From Camelus ferus (taxonomy: Eukaryota), in the NCBI RefSeq assembly GCF_009834535.1, contig NC_045696.1:50284001-50348000 (forward strand): 64,000 nt of DNA, read 5' to 3'. The translations under genes were made by a program, and so were the position numbers. The notes below the pieces were generated by a model that was given only the letters and a program-made list of their open reading frames with translations, did no database searches and was not told where the DNA came from. Numbering within the stretch: position 1 is the first letter of the stretch; each line of letters starts with the position of its first letter. Positions 36,386 through 49,140 of the stretch are shown piece after piece.

Positions 36386-39179
36386 ATTTTATTCTCCCCT
36401 CCCCAGAACTCTGCTGGGATGTGGTGTTGGACTTGGAAGAAAGTTAGAGGTAAATGAGACATAAGTCAGAAGATTTGACATTCATTGCAGCTGCAACCTT
36501 AGGCATGATTCTCCAGAGAAAATGTGGACAAGAAGTAATTTACTGAGAAACTGAAACAGTTTCTGGATTATCTGCTGAGTTGTCCACCATGTTATTAAAT
36601 AAAAGACATAGTCAAATATATAAATGTAATTTTTCCTTTCTTAAGTCAAAGAGTATGTGTATGTTACAATTCTGATTTTCTCATGAAGATTAAGTGAAAT
36701 TTCAGTTTTAATACTTTTCACTTAAGTGATTAAACCACAGGAAATCCTAAAATCTGAGTCCCTTGGTCTATGTTCAATTTTAACTGAATGCTGGCCAGTT
36801 TTTTATTTCTAGAGGCAAATTCCCCCATAACTTCGATTCCCAGAAACAAAAGTTCTCACACAGCTGTGGCCAGAACTTCCTGTTTGGGAACAAACAGTAT
36901 GACCAGCTGTGGTCCTACTTCCTACATGACTTCTATCTGTCTGGTGTCAAAGAACAGTAAAGAAAAGTGTATGGTTTGTGAGAAAAGGAAAGAAAAAATC
37001 ATTAGATGTAGAAGCTAAATTATCTTTCAATTGAGAGATGAAATGTGTTTTGCCTTGTTGAAAGACATCCATTAATGTAAAGACAGTGAGATGGGAAGAC
37101 AATTACATTTACTCTTCTTTGCTGCTAGAATTTGAGCACATTTATATACATATATATAATCAAATCATCACAAACTATACAAAAGCTTTTAATGAAATTA
37201 GCCGGTAAAATAACACCTGCCCTTATGTCAATTATTCTTGTAAGTAAATTGCAAGGGGTTGCACTTTTATATAGTTTAAGCAAATGGGTCAGAACTACGC
37301 TGAATCTTTTTGGGAGGTTTTGAAAATAGTTCAGAAAGTTCTACTTTCAAATTTTGTAGGTGTACATAGAAAGAATAATGTGTGATAACATTAAATCATT
37401 TTCAGTGAAAAAATTACATATTAATAAAAGCTTTTTCATAAAGATTTTTTCAGAGTAGGGGTTTCTTTTGAAAAGTAATTATTTTCTCATTCACTGTTAA
37501 AATACTTTACCTTGAAGGAAGAATTTACTTTTTCCTTGAAGGAAGAATTTACTTTTACAAAAAATACCTGCAATGTAGCATATTGTCAGATCAGCTTAAG
37601 TTGTCATGGTTTTTACATCATTTTCATGGTTGACAGAGTTTACACTAAAAATAAAAGTATCATTTTTGACATGTTTTATTGTTTCCTTGTGCTTGGACTA
37701 TTAGCATTATCTTCAAGGTGAAGAATACTTGGTTTTGGAGTTTTTTTGCAGAAATCTTTTTTATGCTATTTTTTCATTTTGTGAAGTTTGTCTAAGTTAA
37801 ATCAAATACTATATTGGAACTACACTTAGCCAGAAATACATAAATCACAATACATTACAATTCTCGCAAAACAAGCAAATCAGTGAAGATGCCTCTGTCA
37901 ATTCCCCCATGGCATGAGGGTCCCCCCTTCCCCTGGGACAGCTCACATGTGTCTATGACATATGACCATCTGACATTCACGCTCAGTGAGGTAACCCATA
38001 TCAATCTGTACACTAGTAAGAAAGAGCTATTTCTCTTGTGTATATATATATATTTTCTTTTTAAAAAACAAGTACAAACAGAAGTTCTAATATTTTCTTC
38101 CCACACTTCAGTGGACTGCTCTGCATATTTCTGTGGTTTATTTAGCCCACTTTGGACAGCACTGGGAAGCTCGAAATCAACCCCACCTTACAGCAACCAT
38201 TCATTCAGCCACTGATGGCAATATCATAATATAGGAGTGCCCTAATCATATCTACAGTATCTTCTATGACTCATATGACCCAGTTCAACTCAGAGAATTG
38301 ACGAGCAAGTCCATCCTTTACCTGCCGGTAATGAGAGCCAATCTAAGACCTGGACACTCCCTATTTTGTTCCAATGTATGAGAATCTTGGGCTTTGAAGC
38401 AGATGTGAGGCCAGCACCCTTCCATTTAGCTGCACTACCTCTGGGTGGTGAGGCATCGAGAGCTAAGGAGAAGTGAACCCAGCACTCAGTTGTAAGGCCA
38501 GTTCTCCATTTCAGCATCTGTACATCAGTGTGTCTCCCTTTTTTAAAGCACAGCCCATGCTAGCTATAAGTCAGACCTAGAGCACAGGAGTTAGGTTTGG
38601 CTCAACAGTTTGCCAATGCAAGGACCCAGAGCCTCATTTTCGTCTTCTCCTCCCTAGTCAAGGATTTGGACTTCAAAATAAGGAGTTTTTCCATCTTTTT
38701 TCCCCCAGGTAATGAGGCAGTCACCTTCTAAAGGTAGGCACCTACAGTGATTCTAAAGAACATTTCTTATCTCAACCTCCTTCTAAGAAATGAACCTCAG
38801 TGAGGTCAAAGTGCTTTTCTAGTGCCTTCTCTTGGAAGCAGAGAAAGAAAAAACAAATTCTATGCCCAGCTACGCCTGCACTACAATATTGAATGCACGA
38901 TGTGTTCAAGGCACTGTGCTAAGACATTCACAGTCAACATTTAATGCTCACACAAGACTAAGGGACAGTCATGATTATTATTTCCATTTTATGGTTGGAG
39001 AAATTGAGGCTTAGAGAGATTACAAAACTGGGACAATTCAGGAAATGGAGGTTCTATTGGACAAACTCAGGCAAGACTCACTTCAACCTCCATAAAATAA
39101 CCAGTTATACATTTGTGGACAACAGTAGCTTTCTACCAGAATTATGCTCAGTGGTAATATTGACGAAATGTTTTTTTCT

Positions 39180-39660
39180 TGATTAGGTCACAGTGTGTTT
39201 GGAGAGAGAGAAAACGTGTTACAATAGAAACTGGCAAAGGTTTCTTAGAGAATATGGGAAAGAGAGCACCTAACTCTGCTTAGAAGCAGATCAGAGAAAG
39301 CCTCACCCAGGAGGAAACTCTTGAGCTAATCCTTGAAGGATGAGTGGATGTCAGCCAAGGAGAAAAGGCTAGTGGGCATGGCTGGCAGAGGAACAATTTC
39401 TGCAAAGGTGTGGGGCTTGACAGAGTCTGGCACATTGGAGGGCAGCTTTTCATAGATGGAGCAAAAGAAATGGAATTTTGAGTACTGAGTGGAGGAGCAA
39501 TAAGAGACAAGATGGGAAGAAAAGGCAGAGGGAAGAAGACAGAGCGTTGGCATGATATGCTAAGGGTGTTGGACTTCTTCTGAGTGGGGCAGAGAGCCAT
39601 TCAAGAAGTGAGCGTATCATGATCATGTTTGTGTCGTATGTAACTCTAAAAATGGATTAG
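39180..39660 (-). mobile_element. L2 fragment
   Basis: tcagagaaagcctcacccaggagg...tgagctaatccttgaaggatgagtgg...gcagaggaaca...tgcaaagg. Confidence 0.6.
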
Positions 39661-40919
39661 AGGATTGCATAAGGCTTAGGGCCCTGAGTGGAAGGGTTCC
39701 AGAAAGTCATGATGCCATTTTATTCTAAAATTCAGGAGTTACCTGAGCCACTAGGATAAACACATTGACCAATGTAGTCCTCGTCACATTTTCGAATTTA
39801 GTACCTAGAACCAAACCTGAATTTCTTTTTTTTTTTCTTTTCTTTTTTTAAAAAATAGGTTATTGAGAAACCTGGATTTCTTAAGGCTACTCACTCACTT
39901 ACTGACTCATTTTTCATTCAACAGACATTAATTTGGTATGACTTTCCAAGAACTAAGCTCAGAACTAGAGCAAACTCTTCCCATCAAGTTGAGCCCAGGA
40001 CAAACCTATATCCTTTAAGCTAAAGCAGAAGAGACAGACTCTTCCCCTGAGCAGGACAGAGTGAGGCCACCTTAGTGCCCCTCTCTCCGCCTTTCCTCTG
40101 CATTTTCCTTTGCAAATCCATCTCACTACCAGGACCCCAGTGGGAACAGCAGTCACACTGGTCCACGTAGAGGTAGAGTCCCTGCCTTCTAGATAATCAT
40201 GTGTGGCGACAAAGTGCTGAGCACCTCACGTGCCAGAGCCCTGCAGAGCTTTCCGCAGAGGGTCCTGCAGACCATTGTGGGGGAAATGCTAAGTTGAAAT
40301 CAGAACTGCATTGGCTAAAGCATGTCAGCATCTTCACCTTATCAGACAAATGTGAGGTTAATGAAAATCCCCATGTGGTTTGTAGAGACATTTCAGGTCA
40401 AACACACATGTTGTCAACAACAACAAAGAAAACCGTGATCATCCCGGCTCTCCAATTCACAAATATGAAAATTCTGCCTTCTAGATTGTTTGGATTCTTC
40501 ACTGTTAAACTAGGAGCCAACATCCCTCAAATACAGTTTCTCTATTTTCTGTCATTCTCATCTTTCCAAGTTCTGCATGGTCACTGTTTTCACTAGCTCC
40601 AGCAACAAAAAATTACTTGAGGACCCACATGTACAAAGCACTGTACGAGATACAGGAGATACTAACATGCATAATAAAGCATCGCTGTCTTTGAAGACTT
40701 CAGGCTAATTGAAACGGATAAAAGGTACATAAAGAAAAATAAGTAACACAATAAGGTAAAATATGCTATGCATTAAGTACATCATCCAGACAATGGCCTC
40801 AAGGGAAGAGAGGATTTATCAGAGATTAAAAGCAATAGGAAGGGTTTGAATTCTCAGAGAGAGAAGCAACCCAGGAAGGGGTTGTGGAGGAACAACATGA
40901 ACTCCAGGATTGGAGAGTA

Positions 40920-41160
40920 ACAATATCTAACATTCATGGAACATTGCCAGGCTCTGTTCCAGGCACTTTATACACACAAATGTATTTTATTCCTTACAAT
41001 AGCCTTATGAGAGGAGCACTGTTATCTCCTTTATTAAATGGGAGGCAAATACAGCATAGAGAGATTAAGTGACTGGCCCAAAGTCACACAGCCAAGAAGT
41101 GGCAAAGTCAGATTGTGATCTCAAGCAGTTAGCCTTCAGAGTGTGGTCTTAACTACTCTT
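40920..41160 (-). mobile_element. MIR
   Basis: tgccaggctctgttccaggcacttta...gagagattaagtgactggcccaaagtcacacagc. Confidence 0.7.
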
Positions 41161-42638
41161 CCACTACATCCCTCAGAAAGTGTGGACAGCAGCCTGGTTA
41201 CACCCAGGGGCAGCAGTAGAGGTGGGCAAGTAGGTCCATGGGGTGGTGGGTGAAAATTGAAAGGAGTTGGGGGCGTTTACAGAAATACCCCAGAAACCCT
41301 GATATTCTCAGTGTGGGTGTCAGACTAGAAGCCATTCACTTCTAGATTGTCAAAGGCCTTTTATTTAATATTTACAAACATACCTAAAGGAGAAGGCCAA
41401 AACTCAAGTCACAAAAGTCTTAAGTAACTTCAGGCAGCAGTAGTTTATGGTTGAACGGGAAAATGGGGGAAGTGGTATATTGCATAACTACAAAAATGAT
41501 AACCAACTGTGCAAACGAACAAATTTAGAATTCTTCTAGAATTTGTATTTATAGAATCGACTTTAATTAAAAGACATTCTCCAACTTTAATGAGAAGACA
41601 TTCATGAATGTTCTTTATGTTTGGTCTCTTAATTTACCCCCTTCCCCTGCACAGTGCTCCTTGCTCCTTCTTCCTCCTGGCGCAGGTCAGAGCCAGTGGG
41701 CAGTGTTGAGGACCGTCCTTAGCAGGCTGGTGCATGCTCTGTGGGGCCATTTAGGTGGGAACACTGAGCAGCTCACTTCTGCACTCTGGTCACAGTACCC
41801 ACCATGCTTCTGGTTAAAGGTGAGGAAAGGAGAGGGATGTGGCGAAATGGGGAAGTTGGTTTTGTTGCAGGTTGAGGGAAAACTCTGTAATCAAAAAGTA
41901 AGCCTCAGTGAAATGGACACTATTCTGGAACAAATTCACAGAACTCTTTTCCACCCAAACTTGTTAGCAAAACAATGATCTCATTCAAAGGGGAAAAGAG
42001 CAGTTAGATGAAGACCCCAGCAGACAAATTTCCTGAAAAGAAAAAAAAAATTAGTCAAGATTTGAGGTCCATAAGTCTTCCTCCCTCCCCAATACGTCTC
42101 ACGTCTCCTGGGGGAGAGGCCGGTAACTCTATCCCCTCCTCTCTTCCTCCAGTTCTAATTCCAAGGACATCAAACAAAATCTTCAGGTACATTTTGAGAT
42201 TTTGTTTTCCTCTTATATTTTAGTTCTCTGTCCTCATCCTGAGGAATTTAATATTTTGAAAACTTTTCAATCATGTAACAGTCATTTGTACTTCTTTGAC
42301 AGCTTATTTATTTGCGTACATTTTAGTGAGTTTGGGTCTTCTGGACTGAAGTCTCACTTCTCCATGATAAAGTGGGGAGGGGGTTCATGCCAGGAGTGAG
42401 AGAAAATGTCTCTGTTTCTTTTATGGTTTGGACCAGGGCCTCCCTACACAGCCCCAAAGCATCCTGGAATGCAGAACGGGCATGGCCAAGGTCAGGATGG
42501 GTCAGGAGTTACAATCTTCCAAACTGCCTGGAAAAGACCCTTTTCAGTAGTCCCACCTCCCGTAGGAGCAAAGCGGGAGTGTGGAGTACCCCCTTCCTCC
42601 TCTCTTTGTCTGTGAATAGGCGGTATTTATTTAAAATA

Positions 42639-42843
42639 CAGTCAACCCTTGAACAATGGTTGGGTTTGGGGTAATTAGGGGTGCCAGACACTCCACACAG
42701 TCAAAAATCCATGTACAACTTATAGTCAGTGCTCTACATCTGGATTCGACCAACTTATAGTACTGTAGTATTTACTATTGAAAAAAAATCTACATGTAAG
42801 TGGATCCAAGTAATTCAAACCCACTTTGTTTAAGAGTCAAATG
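42639..42843 (-). mobile_element. Tigger2-derived MITE (Tc1/mariner)
   Basis: TA-flanked; termini cagtcaacccttgaacaa and ttgtttaagagtcaaatg are imperfect inverted repeats matching the Tigger2 TIR pattern. Confidence 0.75.
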
Positions 42844-42846
42844 TAC

Positions 42847-43439
42847 TGTTGGGGAGGGGAAATTCCCTCCCACCCCTTTGAGTATTTTTGGCTGGTCTAA
42901 TAATTAAATTGACACAAGACAGACTAACAGCAGGGAAAAAACCTCATTGAATTAGTGCATGGAGGTCTCAGAAAAATGACCTCTGAAATGACTAAAGCAG
43001 GCTGTTTAGATACCATTTTTATTTGTGAAGAGTTAACAAAACAGAGGGCTTGTGCTTGGGGTAGCACACCAACGATGAAGTAATGAAGTCTGTTTACACA
43101 GCTTTCTTAACCTTGAACTCCCTCCCTCTGATGATAAGGATGCTTTCTCTCCTCCTGATACAGGGAGGGTACCTTCACATGGAGATTCATTTCCCACTTT
43201 CAGGGAAAAAGAGGGTCAGAATAAGGTTTTTAAAATATCAGTTTCCCCCAATGGCTCTTTCTCAGATAACTTAAATTCAGAATAATTGGGGGTAGGGGGA
43301 TAAAGCTCAGTGGTAGAGTGCATGCTTAGCATGCAGGAGGCCCTGGGTCCAATCCTCAGTACCTTCACTGAAAAAAAATTCAAAATTATCAATATGGCAT
43401 TGAGGCATATTTTGTCACAGCCTGCCCTGGGCCCCAGCA
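42847..43439 (-). mobile_element. ERV1-class solo LTR (MER34/MER39-like start) with 4-bp TSD
   Basis: TGttgggg...ccccagCA termini, GTAC on both sides (42843-42846 and 43440-43443), and the motif atcaatatggcattgaggcatattttg. Confidence 0.75.
43288..43378 (+). mobile_element. tRNA-derived SINE, short form, inserted in the LTR
   Basis: agctcagtggtagagtgcatgcttagcatgc...; degenerate TSD aaattcagaataat / aaattcaaaattat. Confidence 0.88.
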
Positions 43440-44214
43440 GTACTCATGCTAAAGTCTTCATTTATCATTGTTTACAGCTCTCTAGAAATAAGAAAAAATA
43501 CATAAAACTGTTCAGAATTCTCTGAAAAAAAGAACTGAACTAGGTACTTACTGCTCACAATAAATCTTGCTGATGAATGAATGAAAGTAATAACCAGTGG
43601 CACGCTGAATAGAAATAGAAGAGGTGTGACTCTTGGGAGAAGCAAAAGGTCAAAGGGAGACCTGGAGATGGAAGGGGAAGGAGAAGGATGGAGGAGGGGT
43701 TGGGGACATGTGCACATGGATGATTTTATGCTTGAAAAGTCTGGGGACCCTGGTGATGGGTGCATCTCAGCCTGGCCTCAAAGAGTGACAGCCTTCTGCT
43801 TCCCGGGTGGCCACAGGGTGAGACAAGACAGTTCAGCTGGGACTAGTGGAAGAAGCAGGATGCAAGTGTTGGCAAAAAGGTTTTCTGATACCTAGGGCTG
43901 GTGACAAGTGTTCTGGGATGCTCAGACAGAAATATCTAGAATAATAATTTGGTAAATCCTAAACCAGACAGTGTTTTCTTAGTTATTTTCCAGTCTTTCT
44001 TCCATGCTTCTTGTTAAATTTTTATTTAAATTTCTTCACCTTTAGCCATCTTGTAACCGAGCCTTCATTTTGAGATAATTTTGTCGTTTTCTTCCATTTC
44101 TTTCCTGGATTCAGTCAATACTCATTTCATTTCTTCCTGACGGCTTTTTTTTTTTTTTTTTTGGATCCACTTTTGCTTTGAATTTTTAAATTTTTGATTC
44201 AGCCCAAACATCGG

Positions 44215-44830
44215 TAAGAAAGGCTTGAAGGAGGTGGGTGGAAATCGTGTGGGTGTCTGTGAAGCCGGGGCCATGCAGAGAAAGCATATTTGCAAAGGCA
44301 CTCAGGCAAGTACAGACCTGCCTTGTTTGAGGGAAGTCACTGAGGCCAGCATGGTTGGAGCAGGCGGAGCGATAGAATTGCCCTTATTACGTGTCAGGCT
44401 ATTTTAAGGACTTTAAAAATATTAACTGGTTTTGTCCTCATAACAACATGATGAGCAAGATACGATTATTAGCCTCATTTTACAGACAAGGAAGTGAGAC
44501 ACAGATCTGTTAAGTTACTCACCCCAAGACACGCAGAAAATAGTGCCAGGATTTGAATCTGTGTAATCTATGGAAAGAGGAGAAGGAAGAGAAAAGGTGG
44601 AGACCAAAGGTAATGGGGGGTCCCATCATGTAGGGTCTTGCAGAGCATGTCTGGGACTCTGGTTTTTACTCTGAGCAAGATGGGACATCATGGGAAGACT
44701 TTGATCAATGAAGTAACATGATCTGATTTACATTGTAAAAGGATCTCTCTGGCTGCTGGGTTGAAAACAGACAGTAAGTGGTAGTGCCTGCTAAGAAGCT
44801 ATTAAAATAATACTGGTAAGGTTGCCAGAT
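44215..44830 (-). mobile_element. L2 fragment with an embedded MIR (~44390-44570)
   Basis: tgcaaaggcactcaggc...gaggccagcatggttggagc; tttactctgag...atgatctgattta...ctctctggctgctg; MIR core cctcattttacagacaaggaagtgagacacag. Confidence 0.6.
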
Positions 44831-44944
44831 CAGTTAATAGTCATGAATTCTGGGTTTTTTAATGTAAAATAATCCTTTTTTGAAAAAACATGTTGGCAGC
44901 TAATTCAGGCCTTTCTGTAACAATGTGACTGCTAACAAAGGACA

Positions 44945-45218
44945 TGTCTACTCAGAAAACAAAAGGGAAAGGGGAAGAGGGAAAAATTAAGAGTATGGGA
45001 TTAACAGATACTACTATAGATGAAATAGATAAACAACAAAGATCCACTGTACAGCACAGGGAACTATATTCAGTATCTTGTAATAACGCATAATGGAAAA
45101 GAATCTGAAAGAGAATATACATGTATAACTGAATCACTAAGCTGTACACCTGAAACTGACACAATATTGTAAAACAGCTATACTTCAATAAAAAACAAAC
45201 AAACAAGCAGACAGAAAA
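44945..45218 (+). mobile_element. Relatively young artiodactyl-type L1 3' end with 11-bp TSD
   Basis: aaatagataaacaacaa...tagcacagggaactatattcagtatcttgtaata...gctgtacacctgaaact...tacttcaataaaaa; TSD aacaaaggaca at 44934-44944 and 45219-45229. Confidence 0.85.
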
Positions 45219-46629
45219 AACAAAGGACACTGATCCCTCTGCCCCGTACACACATCTCTGCTCCTGTGGAAGAGGGCGCTGTGGTCTGTACCGGCCTCCT
45301 TCTCTCTCAAGCTCCGTTTCTCTCCATTTGAAATGGATGTGCCACAAATGAATCAGTTCAGTCATCGCTGGAGTGAGGGGGCGACACAGCAGACTGCCGT
45401 GGGGGGGTTCACTTCCTTTGTGGTGTTGATTCTGCTCCCACACCTCACGCTGCCTGAGCTGTTGGAGAGAGGCCTCATGTGCTTTCTCTTCCTCCTGTCC
45501 CACCCCTTGCCCTCCTCACGCAAACGCGGAGAGGGGGCGGCTGGGGCAATTCAGATCAATGTTTGAGATCATCCCAGTTCACTTGTTCCTGCCCTTGGAG
45601 ACCTGAGATCTTGAGTTACAAACACCCTCTCTGCTGATGCTGCCTTCACATTTGGCACTGTGTTTTGCAGGCCCAAGTGAGGCAAAGCTTGTGGGGAGAG
45701 GATTATGTGCAAGCCTTCATCTCCCCAAACAGAACGATACAAACCAATGCAAGTGAGCCACTGGCCACTGGGGATACCTGGGATCTGTCTGAGAAAACCT
45801 CAGTGGGATTTCTGAGGGGTGCTTTGAACTTTGACCCTTGTTTCAATACCCAGGGCTCTGGTTCTACCTGAGAGGAAGGTCCTTGCCCATTTTTCACACA
45901 TTTCTTTCAGATATGGCCACAACAGCAACACATAAGTCCAGCTTAGGAAGTCTGCCACAAGCTGCAGTTAGAGTACAGGGACAATTTTGTCTTCTCAGCC
46001 GCTGGCATGGGAATTTCCTAAGGCAGGTATGGCTTTCACAGGCTTGTGAGGAGGTGAAAAGCCATGGTCTAGGTTTTAAGGGGAGAAGGAAAATAAAAGG
46101 AAGACTGGGACCAAGCCTTGCAGGACAAACATGAGGTGTGATGGGAGACTGGCTGGGGCTGGGGAAAGGGTCTTACAGAAGTTAGTGTTGCATAAGGTGG
46201 AGGCATAGAGCAAATGCTGCACACTGGGAGGTGTGGCCCTTTCCCATGGATCCCCAGATCTTCATGAAAACTAAAAACAAAATCCTGGCTATGCTTAGAG
46301 TGATTGAATTTCTTGTGAAGGCTGGCGAAGGGCCTTGAGCATCAGTATTGGCCTGGGACAGAAACAGTCAACCTGCACAACCCAGGGAAAGAGTTGAGGT
46401 CTAGGCTAAACTGTGTGACACAAGCAGTGACGTATCACGCACAGAGCCAGGTGGGCCCTTGCAGGACAGGTGTCCCCTTGCAGGACAGGTGTCCAGTCAG
46501 ACCTGGACTCTTTCTGCACCTTATTCAGGCCTCCTCCCTGGCTCCCTGAAGATCTCCTTCCTAGTCCTGATACTTCTATTTCAAGCCAGGAAGCTCAGTT
46601 CCCAACCATCTGAGAGTTTTGTCTGAGAA

Positions 46630-46890
46630 TTAGTGCAGTGTGATGGTCACCAGTGAACTTAGCAGAGCTGAATAGTCTGGATTTAAATCCTGGCTTGGCT
46701 AGTTTTTGCAGTGAGTCCTTGGTGGAGTCTATCTGTGCCTCAGGTTCCCCAGCCATAAAGTGTTATAATGGGGTTCTCTATCTCACGTGGATGTTGTGAG
46801 TATTAAACAAGCTAATACATGTGAAGTACTTAAAATTAGGCCTGGTTCATGGTAAGCTTTCACTGAGTATGCCTGCTTGTTATTACTCAC
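46630..46890 (+). mobile_element. MIR
   Basis: tctggatttaaatcctggct...tctgtgcctcaggttcccc...gttgtgagtattaaa. Confidence 0.65.
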
Positions 46891-46952
46891 TGCTGGGAGG
46901 AATTGGAAATTTAGCCACAATAGCAAAACATTTTTTTTTTGATCACTGAATT

Positions 46953-47129
46953 TGTTTTGTTTTGTTTTGATTTGTTTGTTTGTTTGTTTTGTTTTGTTTT
47001 TGAGGGGGAGGTAACTAGGGTTATTTATTGCTTATTTATTTATTTATTTTAGTGGAGGTACTAGGGGTTGAACGCAGGATCTCGTACATGCTGAGCATGC
47101 ACTCTGCCACTGAGCTATACCCTTCCCCC
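46953..47129 (-). mobile_element. tRNA-derived SINE, long form
   Basis: (tttg)n...gggggaggtaactaggg...(ttta)n...gaggtactagggg ttgaac...tgagctatacccttcccc. Confidence 0.9.
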
Positions 47130-47174
47130 TTATTTTTTTTAAATTTCAATCTATATTCATAATTCTGCCATTTA

Positions 47175-49140
47175 AAAAAATTTAAAGTGTAATTGACATA
47201 AAATAAACTGTACATATTTAAAGTATACAATTTGATAAATTTTGAGTATATGTATGTATATATTTGAGGTTACATATGTATGTATATATTTGAGGTTACA
47301 TATACCATTAAATCAAGAAAGTGAATATATACATCACCCAAAAAAGCTTCCTTGTGGTCCTTGGTAGTCCCTCCTTCTAGTCCTCCACACTCCCCTCCAC
47401 TTCCTGTTACCAGCAATTGATTTGCTTCCTGTCACTGTAGATTAGTTTGCATTTTCTAGAATTTTATATAAATAGAATCATACAGTATGTGTTCTTTTCT
47501 TTCACTCAGAGTGGATATTTTAACATCTTCCATGTTGCTGCATGTATCAATAGTTCGTTCCTTTCTATTGCTGAGTAAGCAGTATTCCATCGTGTACCGT
47601 ACTTTTATCTGTTCACCTGTGGATAGATATTTGGGTTGTTTCTAGGTTTGGGCTACTACAAAAATAGCTGCTATGAGTATGTGTATGCAAGTCTTTGTGT
47701 GGATGTGGTTTTTGTTTTGTTTCTCTTATGTAAATACCTAACAGAAAAATTGGCTAGATCATAGTTAAATATATTGTTAACTTCTTAAGAAATTGCCAAA
47801 CTGTTTTCCAAAGTAGTTGCATCATTTTTACATTCCCCCCAGAAGTTCCTTCACATCCTCATCAGAGCTGTATATGGTCAGTCTTTTTCCTTTGAGTCAT
47901 TCTGGTAAGTGTGTAGTGTTATCTCATTGTGATTTTGTGTTTCCCTTATGAGTAACAATGTTGGCATCTTGTCATTTACCTTCTTTTTTTTCAACTCTCA
48001 ATTTTGGTTTATTCTCCCCCCCCCCTTTTTCAGTTTTATTAGGTAGAATTATTACAGTTCGACTGCACATAACTTGTCATTTATTTTCTGTCATCTATCT
48101 TTTTTGATGAAGTATCTGTTCAAATATTTTGCCCATTTCCAAAAATGGGGTAGTTAACTTCCATATTATTGATTTTTGAGAATTATTTATAAATTCTGGA
48201 TATAAGTCCTTTTTAAAATATATGCTTTGCAATTATTTCACCCTGTCTTTGACTTGAACTTTCATTCTCTTAACAGTGTTTTTCAAAGAGTAGAAATTTA
48301 AAATTTTTCATTACCTCAAATTTATCTTTTTTTTCTTTTATGGATAGTTGTTTTGGTGTTGGATAGAAGAAATTTTTGCCTAAACCAAGATACTAGAGAT
48401 TTTATTATAAGTTTTATTATATGGAAGTTTTATAGTTTTGGTTTTACACTTAGGTCTATGACCCATCTTAAGTTAAATTTTGTCTGATGTGAGATACAGG
48501 TCAAACTTCTCTCGTTTTATTTTGCATAAAGATATCCAATTGTTACAGCATGGTTTATTTTTCTTTTTTAGTTTGTTAATATAGTTAATTATGTTAGAAT
48601 GTTAAGCCAGCACTGCTGGCTGGGATAAACACAACTTTGTTGTATTATATTATACCTTTTATGTATTTTGGATTCATATTGCTAAAATTTTATTTAGAAT
48701 TTTGCATCTATATTTGCATATATATAGTATGAGGGATATTGTTCTATAGTTGTTTTTTTTTAATACAGTCTTTGATTTTGGTATCAGGGTAATGTTTGTC
48801 TCATAGAATGAGTTCAGAAGTATTCCCTTTTCTTCTGTTTTTTAGAAGAGTTTGAGAAGGATTTGTATTTATTTTTCTTTTAATATTTGGTAGAATTCAC
48901 CATGAACCCATCTCATCTTGAGTTTTTCTTTGTTAAGAGGTTTTAAATTACTGACTCAGTCTCTTGTTATAGAGCTGTTCATATTTTCTGTTTTTCTTGA
49001 GTCAGTTTTGGTAGTTTTTGACCCATTGGTTATTTACTAATGTGTTGTTTAACTTCCACATATTTATGAATTTCCCAAATTTCTTACTCTTACTGAGTTC
49101 TAATTTTATTCCATCGTGGTCAGAGAACATATTTCCAGTA
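47175..49140 (-). mobile_element. L1 (L1MC/ME-like), ~2 kb degenerate 3' part
   Basis: T-rich; taattgacataaaataaactgtacatatttaaagtatacaatttgat, aaactgttttccaaagtagttg, ttggtatcagggtaatg...tcatagaatgagtt. Confidence 0.85.

Noticed and set aside
45262..45282. CTCF-like AGAGGGCGC (also GAGAGGCGC near 22522)
   Set aside because: The 5' CC half of the core is missing or mis-spaced.
44952..45503. 183-aa minus-strand ORF
   Set aside because: Half of it is the antisense of an L1 3' UTR and poly-A tail; no protein similarity recognised.
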